From the NCBI GenBank assembly GCA_963715665.1, contig OY970263.1:2090757-2154756 (forward strand): 64,000 bases of DNA. The letters are read 5' to 3'. The stretch's first letter is position 1. Every line of letters begins with the position of its first letter. Both the position numbers and the translations under genes were made by a program. Of the stretch, positions 11,759 through 22,472 are shown piece after piece. This stretch comes from an uncultured Gemmatimonadales bacterium. GTDB taxonomy: Bacteria > Gemmatimonadota > Gemmatimonadetes > Gemmatimonadales > GWC2-71-9. The notes under the pieces were generated by a model. It made no database searches. It had not been told where the DNA came from and saw only the letters and a program-made list of their open reading frames with translations.

Positions 11759-11835
11759 GGGAACCTCCGGGCGGAATGGTGTCGGGCTGGAACCGAGGAA
11801 CGCTCCGAATCTGCGCGAGGCAGCCACCATACGCC

Positions 11836-11849
11836 ATACGGAACTCCGT
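11836..11849. promoter_or_regulatory. Palindromic candidate operator in the divergent promoter region
   Basis: TACGG-AACT-CCGTA between the peptide gene and dsbA. Confidence 0.4.
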
Positions 11850-11910
11850 AGGGTTGCCGCCCGCTCGTACTGGCGTACCTTTGGCGCTGTTCCCGTCGAA
11901 GGAGTCCCCG

Positions 11911-12603
11911 ATGTCCCTGCGCGCCGCAGCCAGCGGAACGGCGAACGCCGTCCTCACCATCTGTGCGGTGGCCCTCACCGGATTCGTCGGATGGAAAGAG
12001 GTTCTCCACCACGACTCGACATCTCAGCCGCCAGCACCCCCGCCCCGCGTACTTGACGACAGCACTTGGCACACCGTGGAATCTGTGGGGCATTGGACCG
12101 GGTCTCCCGCCGCGCCGGTGGTCATCGTCGAGTTCGGCGATTTCGAGTGCCCGTTCTGTGCCGCCTTCGCCAACCGGGCCCTTCGCGGGATCCGGAAGAA
12201 GTATCCCGATGAGGTGGCGGTCGACTTCCGCCACTGGCCACTGCCGATGCACCGGCTGGCATATCCCGCGGCCCGGGCAGCCGAATGTGCCGCTGCCCAG
12301 GGCCGCTTCGACGCGTACGCCGATGCGCTCTTCGCCAGGCACGATTCTCTCGGAATCATCTCGTTCGATAAGTTTGCGGAGGATGCCGGTGTGCCGGATC
12401 GGGCCGCGTTCGACCGGTGCAACGCCAGTGCAGTCCCGGTCCCTGCGGTCGAGCGCGACAGCCACGAAGCGATCGCCCTCGGCGCGCGAGGCACCCCCAC
12501 TGTGATCATCAACGGGATCCTCTACTTCGCCACGCCGGATAGCGCACGCCTCGACAGCTACGTCCGGGCAGCGCCCGCCAAGGCCGGAGGCCGCGGCGCA
12601 TGA
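11911..12603 (+). CDS. DsbA-family thioredoxin-fold disulfide oxidoreductase
   Basis: AAGGAG RBS; N-terminal TM; VEFGDFECPFC active site; FRHWPL; GTPTVIING cis-Pro loop. Confidence 0.92.
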   Translation: MSLRAAASGTANAVLTICAVALTGFVGWKEVLHHDSTSQPPAPPPRVLDDSTWHTVESVGHWTGSPAAPVVIVEFGDFECPFCAAFANRALRGIRKKYPDEVAVDFRHWPLPMHRLAYPAARAAECAAAQGRFDAYADALFARHDSLGIISFDKFAEDAGVPDRAAFDRCNASAVPVPAVERDSHEAIALGARGTPTVIINGILYFATPDSARLDSYVRAAPAKAGGRGA

Positions 12604-13001
12604 AGATCCATCTCCGCGCCGCCACATCAGCGGTGCCCGCCGCCGCACTCGGTGATCGGGATACATCAATGATCCCGCGTGCAGACGAGGCACGCTACCG
12701 GAAACATCTCACTCCTCTCTTCGAGCGGATCAGCGCCAGTGAGGTGGAACGCCTGCTGCTGATCGGGGCCGCGTATGGGCTCACCAATTCGGCCATCGGC
12801 AAATGGCTGCACTGGTCGGTGAACACCGTAGAGAAGTACGCCACTCCGCTGCACGACCGCCTCGGGGTGCACTCGGTCAGGGCACAGATGGGCATCGTCG
12901 TGGCGCACCTGATCGCCCAACTCGAGGCCAACGGACGGCCCGCGACAGGAACTCGAGCCACGCGACGTGGGGGGGCTCATCACGCCTTGGACGGGCTTTG
13001 A
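12600..13001 (+). CDS. Stand-alone LuxR-type HTH regulator
   Basis: ATGA overlap with dsbA; SEVERLLLIGAAYGLTNSAIGKWLHWSVNTVEKY...LGVHSVRAQ; no receiver domain. Confidence 0.75.
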   Translation: MKIHLRAATSAVPAAALGDRDTSMIPRADEARYRKHLTPLFERISASEVERLLLIGAAYGLTNSAIGKWLHWSVNTVEKYATPLHDRLGVHSVRAQMGIVVAHLIAQLEANGRPATGTRATRRGGAHHALDGL

Positions 13002-13164
13002 TCGCCTGACCGTGTTTGGGCGCTGCCTGGCCGCTTGGCGTCGCGTCGCGACGGGACTTGCCCGTAACCCCGCGCGCTGCGCCCGATCTCGATGCCGCCC
13101 CACTTGCGACCCTCGCGCCCCTCCGCTCATCCTAGAGTCTCAGTAAAGACTGCATGGAGAGCGG

Positions 13165-13509
13165 ATGCCCGACACCAACCGGCCCTTGCTCAAGGGCACC
13201 CTCGACACCCTCGTCCTCAAGGCGCTCACCTGGGCGCCGATGCACGGCTTCGAGATCACCACCTGGCTCGAAGAGCATTCCGGCGGTGAACTCGCCGTCG
13301 ACGATGCCGCCCTCTATCAGTCGCTGCACCGCATGGAGCAGCGCGGGCTGGTCGAGGCCGAATGGGGCGTCACCACGAACAACCGCCGGGCGCGCTACTA
13401 CCTGCTGACGGCCGCCGGGCGGAAGCACCTCAGGGCCGAGTCGGCGTCGCTGGTGCGCTACGCCCGCACCGTCATGGCGGTCCTCGCCGAGCAGCGGGGG
13501 CGGGCATGA
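13165..13509 (+). CDS. PadR-family transcriptional regulator (acidobacterial type)
   Basis: [44 protein letters not shown]. Confidence 0.93.
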   Translation: MPDTNRPLLKGTLDTLVLKALTWAPMHGFEITTWLEEHSGGELAVDDAALYQSLHRMEQRGLVEAEWGVTTNNRRARYYLLTAAGRKHLRAESASLVRYARTVMAVLAEQRGRA

Positions 13510-16256
13510 CCCGCGACATCAAGGCCGGGGTGCACCGCCTCTTCCACCTCGCCATCCGACACCGCGACATCGCACACGACGAGATGGACCAGGAGCTGCG
13601 CTTTCATCTCGATGAGCGCATCGCGCAGTTCGTGGCGCAAGGCATGTCGGAAGGCGACGCACGGCGCGAAGCAGTGCGTCGCCTGGGAGCGCCTGAAGAC
13701 GCGACGCGACAGGCGTGGCATCGTGACGCCGACCAGCGGGACCGCCGCGCGGCGTGGCGCGAATGGCTCGCCGACCTGCGCCAGGACCTGCACTACGCCG
13801 CCCGCGGCCTCGCCAACCGCCCCGGGTTCACGCTCGTCGCCGTGGCCACCCTCGCCATAGGAATCGGCGGCAACACCGCGATCTTCTCGGCGGTCGACGC
13901 GCTGCTCCTGCGCCGGCTGCCCTTCGCCGATCCCGGCCAGCTCATGGCCATCTCCCAGACCCCGCCGCGCGACCCCGCGGCGCCGAGCGACCAGCTCCTC
14001 CCCTGGTCGTGGCCCAAGTACGTCGTCTATCGCGACCACCAGCAGTCGTTCCGCTCCGTGGCGCTCTACGACGACCGCGACTACTCGCTGATCGGCGAGA
14101 ACCCCGAGCGGCTCCACGGCGAAACGGTGACGGCCGGTTATCTGTCGACCCTTGGCGTCACCCCGATTGCCGGCAACGACTTCCCCCGCGACGAGGACGC
14201 TCATCCCGGCGCCGCGAAGATCGCAATCATCAGCAACGCGCTCTGGCAGCGACGCTTTCACGGAAGTCCGACGGCCATCGGCCAGGTGGTCGATCTCGAC
14301 AGCGATCCCTATCAGATCGTCGGCGTCGCCCCGCCGGGCTTCAACGGCCTCACCGGACACGCCGACATCTGGGTGCCGGTCACCGCGCAGGATTCGTCGT
14401 CGCTGAATCAACCGTGGTCGCTCGAGTATTCGATGGTGGGACGGCTCAAGCCCGGCGTCACCGTGGCGCATGCGGCGTCCGAAGCCCGCACGCTGGGTCC
14501 GATCGTCTTTCGCGAGACGCCGATTGCCCAGGGGATGCTCTTCTCCGGGCCGAAGGGCACGTGGGGGGCGGATGCGCGCCCGCTGAATGCCGAACGGATC
14601 GCCCCGGTGCTGCGGCGTTCGCTGCTGGTGCTCTGGAGTGCGGTGGGATTCGTGCTGCTCATTGCCTGCGTCAACCTGGCATCGCTGCTGTTGGGGCGGG
14701 CGGCGGTGCGGCGCCGCGAGATCGCCATCCGCCTCGCCATCGGTGCCCGGCGCGGCCGGCTGGTCCGATTGCTGCTGGCCGAAAGCCTGTTGCTGGCGTT
14801 CCTGGGCGGTGTCGCAGGCGTGCTGCTGGCCACCGCCGGCATCGGCGCAATGAGCCGACTCAACGCCGCCGACGCCCTCAACGCCCAGCAGCTCACCGGA
14901 CTCGGCGTCGCGTCGTTCGGCACCATCCGGCTCGACGCCACCACGCTCGTCTTCTCGTTCGGCATCACGCTGGTGGTTGGCGTGCTTTTCGGTCTCGTTC
15001 CCGCGTTGCAGGCCACGCGCCCGCAGGTGGTCGAAGCGATGCGCAGCGGCGACGCCGCCCGAGGCCATACCGGGCCGATCGGTGGCAGCCGGCGGGCACT
15101 GGTCGTCGCCGAAGTCGCCCTCGCCCTGGTGTTGCTCGCCGGCTCGGGGCTGATGCTCCGCAGCCTCGGCAAGCTGCTGGCCACCGATCTCGGCTTCGAT
15201 GCCGGCCACGTGCTGACCGTCCGGCTCGCCACCGCACCGGGTGCGGTGGCGCAGGATTCGATGCCGGGGTTCTACGACCAGCTGCTGGCGCGGCTCCGCG
15301 CGCTGCCCGGGGTGACCAGCGCGGGCCTCGCCGGTTGCGCGCCGTTCACCGGTGGCTGCGCGTTCACCATCATCACCTTCCCCGACAAGCCGGCCGTGGC
15401 CGCCAACGCCAACCAGATGGTCGGTGTGCAGTTCGTCTCGCCGGAGTGGTTCCACACCATGCATGTGCCGCTGCGCCAGGGCCGCGTGTTCACCGCGGCC
15501 GATCGGATCGGGGCACCGAAGGTGATCGTGGTCAACGCCGCAGCGGCGCGGAAGTTCTGGCCCGGCGAGAATCCCATCGGCAAGCAGGCCAGGGTGTATC
15601 AGGGCGGCTTCTGGACCGGAGCGACGGTGGTGGGCGTGGTGGGTGACGTGCTCTACCAGACCATCGATTCGGTGGCGACACCCGACGCGTATATCTCGTA
15701 CGACCAGTTCGCGCCGCCTGCCGCGACCATCTTCCTGCGCACCAGCGGCAACCCCACGGCGCTGGCCGCGGCCGCTCGGCGCACCGTGCAGCAGTACGCC
15801 CCCAACGATCCGGTGTACGACATCAGGACGATGGACGCGCTGGTGGGTGCCGCGAGCGCGCAGACCCGGTTGAGTGCCGTGCTGCTGGGGCTCTTCGCCA
15901 GCGTGGCGCTGCTGCTGGCGATCATCGGCATCTACGGGGTGATCTCATTCGCCGTCACGCAGCGCACTCGCGAGATCGGCATCCGCGTGGCACTCGGCGC
16001 CGACCGCGGCAGGGTGTTGTCGATGGTGCTCCGGCAGGGCGCGGTGCTGGTGGCCATCGGTGCCGCGATCGGCCTGGCGGCCGCGTTGCTGCTGACACGG
16101 GTGATGCGTTCGCTGCTCTTCGGTGTCACACCGGGCGACCCGGTAACGTTCGCGGCGATGGTGGTGGTGCTGATTGCGGCGGCGTTGGTGGCAACGTGGC
16201 TACCGGCGAGAAGGGCGGCGCGGATCGATCCGGTCGTGGCGTTGCGGGAGGGGTGA
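13506..16256 (+). CDS. ABC transporter permease, duplicated MacB/FtsX (ADOP family)
   Basis: ATGA overlap with pad[10 protein letters not shown] prefix, [51 protein letters not shown]. Confidence 0.93.
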   Translation: MTRDIKAGVHRLFHLAIRHRDIAHDEMDQELRFHLDERIAQFVAQGMSEGDARREAVRRLGAPEDATRQAWHRDADQRDRRAAWREWLADLRQDLHYAARGLANRPGFTLVAVATLAIGIGGNTAIFSAVDALLLRRLPFADPGQLMAISQTPPRDPAAPSDQLLPWSWPKYVVYRDHQQSFRSVALYDDRDYSLIGENPERLHGETVTAGYLSTLGVTPIAGNDFPRDEDAHPGAAKIAIISNALWQRRFHGSPTAIGQVVDLDSDPYQIVGVAPPGFNGLTGHADIWVPVTAQDSSSLNQPWSLEYSMVGRLKPGVTVAHAASEARTLGPIVFRETPIAQGMLFSGPKGTWGADARPLNAERIAPVLRRSLLVLWSAVGFVLLIACVNLASLLLGRAAVRRREIAIRLAIGARRGRLVRLLLAESLLLAFLGGVAGVLLATAGIGAMSRLNAADALNAQQLTGLGVASFGTIRLDATTLVFSFGITLVVGVLFGLVPALQATRPQVVEAMRSGDAARGHTGPIGGSRRALVVAEVALALVLLAGSGLMLRSLGKLLATDLGFDAGHVLTVRLATAPGAVAQDSMPGFYDQLLARLRALPGVTSAGLAGCAPFTGGCAFTIITFPDKPAVAANANQMVGVQFVSPEWFHTMHVPLRQGRVFTAADRIGAPKVIVVNAAAARKFWPGENPIGKQARVYQGGFWTGATVVGVVGDVLYQTIDSVATPDAYISYDQFAPPAATIFLRTSGNPTALAAAARRTVQQYAPNDPVYDIRTMDALVGAASAQTRLSAVLLGLFASVALLLAIIGIYGVISFAVTQRTREIGIRVALGADRGRVLSMVLRQGAVLVAIGAAIGLAAALLLTRVMRSLLFGVTPGDPVTFAAMVVVLIAAALVATWLPARRAARIDPVVALREG

Positions 16257-16276
16257 CGCGACGCCGACGGCGTCGC

Positions 16277-16498
16277 GTCATCCCGAGCGCAGCGAGGGAT
16301 CTCGATGCCGGCCCGTCACGCTGTCATCCCGAGCGCAGCGAGGGATCTCGATGCCGGCCCGTCACGGTGTCATCCCGAGCGTAGCGAGGGATCTCGATGC
16401 CAATGAGCCACGACGCGACGAAGCCGCCCCGGCGTTGAGATCCCTCGCCTTCGGCTCGGGATGACACCACCAGGAGCCGCGCTCCGTTCGGGATGACA
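16277..16498. repeat. REP-like palindromic element array
   Basis: Three direct 46-bp-period units GTCATCCCGAGCG(C/T)AGCGAGGGATCTCGATGCC at 16277, 16323, 16369, an inverted copy at 16431-16467 and a half copy ending 16498. Confidence 0.9.
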
Positions 16499-16598
16499 GA
16501 ACGGGGGGCGGTGCGGCGGTAAGGCCTCCGTTGATCGCTCGTTGATCCGGCCCGGATATCCTGGGGATCCGGCCGGCCGCACCACCACCCTGCCAGCC

Positions 16599-16626
16599 TT
16601 GACGATCGTATATACACCGGTATATT
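16599..16626 (+). promoter_or_regulatory. Sigma70-like promoter with overlapping palindrome for brnTA
   Basis: TTGACG (16599) - 16 nt - TATATT (16621); ATATAC-ACCG-GTATAT palindrome at 16610-16625; ATG at 16631. Confidence 0.6.
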
Positions 16627-16630
16627 CCCG

Positions 16631-16924
16631 ATGCGCTTCTCGTGGGATGAGCAGAAGAGCCGGGCCAACCTGTCTGCTCGGGGATTCGATTTCGAATTCG
16701 CATCCCTCGTCTTCTCGGGTCCGACACTTGAGCGCCTCGACACGCGCCGCGACTATGGCGAGCGGCGCACGATTGCGGTCGGGCGGGTCGCCGGTGTCAC
16801 CCTCACTGTCGTCTACACCGACCGCCCTCGCCCGGGGACGGATCCCGAACGCCGCATCATCGCCGCATGGAGGAGCAGTCGTCGTGAGCGCCAAGCGTAC
16901 GCCAAAGCGATCGGTGGTTCGTGA
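16631..16924 (+). CDS. brnT: BrnT family toxin
   Basis: MRFSWDEQKSRANLSARGFDF...DYGERR..AVG...VVYT...RIIAAW. Confidence 0.92.
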   Translation: MRFSWDEQKSRANLSARGFDFEFASLVFSGPTLERLDTRRDYGERRTIAVGRVAGVTLTVVYTDRPRPGTDPERRIIAAWRSSRRERQAYAKAIGGS

Positions 16925-17228
16925 GAATCCCGGCCGGGGCCAAGCCGACCTGACCCGGCTGCGGCGCATGACCGAGCGGGAGATCGCGAGACAGATCCCT
17001 GATGATTTCGCCAACCTGCCCACCGATTTCTGGGACGGCGCAGCGCTGGTGGTTCCACCTGCCAAGCAGGCGATTTCGCTGCGGGTCGACGAGGATGTGC
17101 TGGAGTGGTTCCGCCGGCAGGGGCCGCGCTACCAGACACGGATGAACGCGGTCCTGCGAGCGTTCATGACCAGATCGTCTCGCGGCGCGTCGCGCGGAGC
17201 TGGCGCGCCCCGGCGGAAGGGTCGCTGA
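16884..17228 (+). CDS. brnA: BrnA family antitoxin
   Basis: GGAGGAG then GTG 16884, overlaps brnT; KQAISLRVDEDVLEWFRRQGPRYQTRMNAVLR. Confidence 0.92.
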   Translation: MSAKRTPKRSVVRENPGRGQADLTRLRRMTEREIARQIPDDFANLPTDFWDGAALVVPPAKQAISLRVDEDVLEWFRRQGPRYQTRMNAVLRAFMTRSSRGASRGAGAPRRKGR

Positions 17229-17375
17229 CGCGCCATTGAACCGTGCCGGCCCGCCCGGCACGGCAACTCGCCCGGGGACGTGCCCTGTCGGCGGCGGTGG
17301 GCGGGAGTGATATTCCGCCTCTCGCGTGATCCGTCGATCGGTCGTGGCAACCGTACCGCAAGGGAGGGTCCCACC

Positions 17376-19523
<2,148 letters not shown>

Positions 19524-19629
19524 GGCCCCTCCGCGGCCGCATCTCCCGGGCCCGGCGGACGCTATCTTGGAGCCGTGCCCGAAGCGCGTCGCTCCGCGAC
19601 CGACTTGCCCCGCCGTGCCAACGCCGACC

Positions 19630-20178
19630 ATGGCCGCTGCCATGGTCGATAGCGGACATCGCGCCGACGACACGGCGAGGATGGCGGAATCGCTGTACGA
19701 CGAGCTGCGCGCGATCGCCCACCGCCTGCTGCGCAGCGAGCGGGACGGCCACACGCTGGAAACCTCCGCACTGATCCACGAGGCATTCCTCCGCCTCGCC
19801 GCGCAGCAGGCCGCGGAATGGCAGAGCCGCGAATATTTCCTCGGCGCGGCCGCCACGACCATGCGCCGGGTGCTGGTCGACTATGCGCGGACTCGCAACG
19901 CCGGCAAGCGCGATGCCGGCGTGCGGACAACACTGGCATCGATTGATCAGGAGTTCGGCGGCGGGAACGACGTCCTCGATGTGCTGGCGTTCGACGACGT
20001 CCTCGCGAGACTCGCCGACATCGACGACCGCTCGGCTCGCGTCGTCGAGCTTCGCGTGTTCGGCGGCTTCGATGTCGACGAAACGGCGGGGATCGTCGGC
20101 GCCTCGGCGACGACTGTCAAGCGGGATTGGCGATTTGCGAAGGCGTGGCTGGCCTGTCACTTGGCGCCGACAGCGTGA
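19630..20178 (+). CDS. ECF sigma factor, TIGR02999/ECF43-like
   Basis: LYDELRAIA, HTLETSALIHEAFLRL, MRRVLVDYAR, VVELRVFGG, TVKRDWRFAKAWL. Confidence 0.9.
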   Translation: MAAAMVDSGHRADDTARMAESLYDELRAIAHRLLRSERDGHTLETSALIHEAFLRLAAQQAAEWQSREYFLGAAATTMRRVLVDYARTRNAGKRDAGVRTTLASIDQEFGGGNDVLDVLAFDDVLARLADIDDRSARVVELRVFGGFDVDETAGIVGASATTVKRDWRFAKAWLACHLAPTA

Positions 20179-22397
20179 CGGACCGGGCCGGCGTGGCGCA
20201 CTGGCAACGGGTGCGAGCCGTGTTTGACCATGTGGCCGACCTCCCGCCGGATTCGTGGGACACCGCGCTCGACGTGCAGACCGGCGGCGATGCCGCGGTG
20301 CGTCGCGACGTCATGCGCCTCCTCGGCGCGATGCGCGCCGATGACCGGGTTCCCGACGTTCCGCGGATCGGGCTCGGTGAAACGGGCGACGGTGAGAACC
20401 GCGTCGGATCAGAGGTGGCGCATTACCGGCTGGTCCGCCTGATCGGGCGCGGCGGAATGGGCGCGGTGTACGAGGCGGTGCGCGCCGACGGTGCCTATCA
20501 GCGGCGCGTCGCGGTCAAGTTCATTCGTGCGGTGCTTGCGGTCGAGTCGATGGCCGCGCGCTTCCAGCGCGAACGCCAGATCCTGGCAGCCCTCGAGCAC
20601 GAGAACATCGCGCGGCTGATCGACGGCGGCGCCACCGATCGCGGCGAACCGTTCTTCGTGATGGAATACGTCGACGGCTTGCCGATCGTCGACTATGCCA
20701 ACGCCCGCCGGCTCGGCATCCGCGATCGGCTCCGACTCTTTCTGCAGGCGTGCAGCGCGGTCGCGCATGCACACGGTCGCTTCGTCGTGCACCGCGATCT
20801 CAAGCCAGCCAACATGCTCGTCACCACGGAAGGCCGCGTCAAGCTCCTCGATTTCGGCGTCGCGAAACTGCTCGGCGCGCAGGGCGGCGACGACCTTGTC
20901 ACCATGTCTGCGGCGCGGCCGTTCACTCCCGAATACGCCAGCCCCGAGCAGTTGCGCGACGAGCCCGCCTCCGCCGCAAGCGACGTCTATTCTCTCGGCG
21001 TCGTCTTGTATGAGCTCCTTTCCGGCCGCCGGCCATATGAGCTCCCCGGCCGCTCGACCGTCGCCGCACTTCGAGCCGCCGAATCCGGGCCGCCCCGGCC
21101 AAGTACGGTGGTCTCCGTCGCCGCGGCACAGGCCACCGGTGAGACGAGCGTCGTCCGCTTGCGGCATCACCTCGCGGGCGAGCTGGACAACGTGGTCGGC
21201 AAGGCGATCCGCGCCGAGACGCGCGATCGCTACCACTCGGTGGAACAGCTGGCGTCCGACGTGGCGCGCTATCTCGACGGTCGGCCGGTGTCGGCGCAAC
21301 CCGACGGCACCGCCTATCGCGTCCGCAAGTTCGTCCGCCGCCATGCGGCCGGCGTGGCGGTGGCGGTCACCGCCGTCGCGGCACTCGCCATCGGCGTCAC
21401 GGCGGTCGTCCTGCAGGCGCGGCGCGCCCGGATGCAGCATGACTGGGAAATGGCCGTCAACTCCGCCGGGAATCTCGACGAGCTTGGCGTGATGCATCTG
21501 GCGCGCGGCGACGTGGCGGGTTCCGACTCCCTGCTGCGCACCGCCGTTGCGCTCTGCCGCACGCCGCGTCCCACGACCGACCTGCCCGTCACCTGCGCCG
21601 AAAGCTGGTACGACTACGCGGTGATGCTGCTCTGGAAGGGTGATCCGGTGACGGCCGAACAGGTGTTCCGTCGGCTGCTCGCCATGGCGGATGGCGCGCC
21701 GGCCGCACTGCGCGCCACCGCGCCGATGGAGGTGGCAACCGCCAGGGTGCTGTCCGGCCTCGCCCGCGCGCGAGATGCGCAAGGCGATCTTGGGGGCGCT
21801 GAACAGCTCTTTCGCCAGTCGATGGATCTCTTCCGTCGCGGTGACGCGGAACGGTCGACCGACGGCGTCGAGATGCTCGGCTGGTACGCGATCACGCTGG
21901 AGCGGCAGTCGCGCTACGCCGAAGCGGAGGCGCTGGTGCGCCAGGAGCTGGCGCTCACCGGAACCAGCGACGCCAGCATCCTCTGGCTGCATCTCGGTGC
22001 GATTCATCGCCAGGCGGGGCGCCTCGACCTCGCCCGGGTGGAAACCGAGCGGGGGCGCCGGAGCCGCGGCGCCGAGACGATTGCTTCGGGCATCTACTAC
22101 GTCATCATCACGCAGACCGAAGGGCTCTCCGATCTCGCCGACGGCAAGGTCGACACAGCCGTCGCGGAACTGCGCCGCACGCTGGACGTGGCCAACCGAT
22201 ACTACGCGCCGTCGGATTATCGCCTCGCCGAAGCGCAGGCCGCGCTGGGGAAGGCGCTGCTCGCGGCACATCGCCCGGCGGAGGCGGCACGGCTGCTGAC
22301 GGCTGCCCATGCCACGCTGGCGAAGGACTTCGGCGCCAGCCACCCCGAGACCATCGCCTTCGCGCACTACCTTGCCACGGCACGCGCGGCCCACTAG
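20175..22397 (+). CDS. Membrane Ser/Thr protein kinase with C-terminal TPR repeats
   Basis: GTGA overlap; GRGGMGAVY, VAVK, HRDLKPAN, DFG, TPEYASPE; TM segment; TPR-like tail. Confidence 0.94.
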   Translation: MTDRAGVAHWQRVRAVFDHVADLPPDSWDTALDVQTGGDAAVRRDVMRLLGAMRADDRVPDVPRIGLGETGDGENRVGSEVAHYRLVRLIGRGGMGAVYEAVRADGAYQRRVAVKFIRAVLAVESMAARFQRERQILAALEHENIARLIDGGATDRGEPFFVMEYVDGLPIVDYANARRLGIRDRLRLFLQACSAVAHAHGRFVVHRDLKPANMLVTTEGRVKLLDFGVAKLLGAQGGDDLVTMSAARPFTPEYASPEQLRDEPASAASDVYSLGVVLYELLSGRRPYELPGRSTVAALRAAESGPPRPSTVVSVAAAQATGETSVVRLRHHLAGELDNVVGKAIRAETRDRYHSVEQLASDVARYLDGRPVSAQPDGTAYRVRKFVRRHAAGVAVAVTAVAALAIGVTAVVLQARRARMQHDWEMAVNSAGNLDELGVMHLARGDVAGSDSLLRTAVALCRTPRPTTDLPVTCAESWYDYAVMLLWKGDPVTAEQVFRRLLAMADGAPAALRATAPMEVATARVLSGLARARDAQGDLGGAEQLFRQSMDLFRRGDAERSTDGVEMLGWYAITLERQSRYAEAEALVRQELALTGTSDASILWLHLGAIHRQAGRLDLARVETERGRRSRGAETIASGIYYVIITQTEGLSDLADGKVDTAVAELRRTLDVANRYYAPSDYRLAEAQAALGKALLAAHRPAEAARLLTAAHATLAKDFGASHPETIAFAHYLATARAAH

Positions 22398-22472
22398 CGA
22401 CAGCCCTGGTCCCTCCAGCCCCGGGTTTTCGCCACTCCCGGTGTGACCTCGTGGCACCCACAGGAGCACCAC

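Noticed and set aside
16277..16401. Possible CRISPR array
   Set aside because: Inter-repeat segments are nearly identical rather than unique spacers, inverted copies follow, and no cas genes are present
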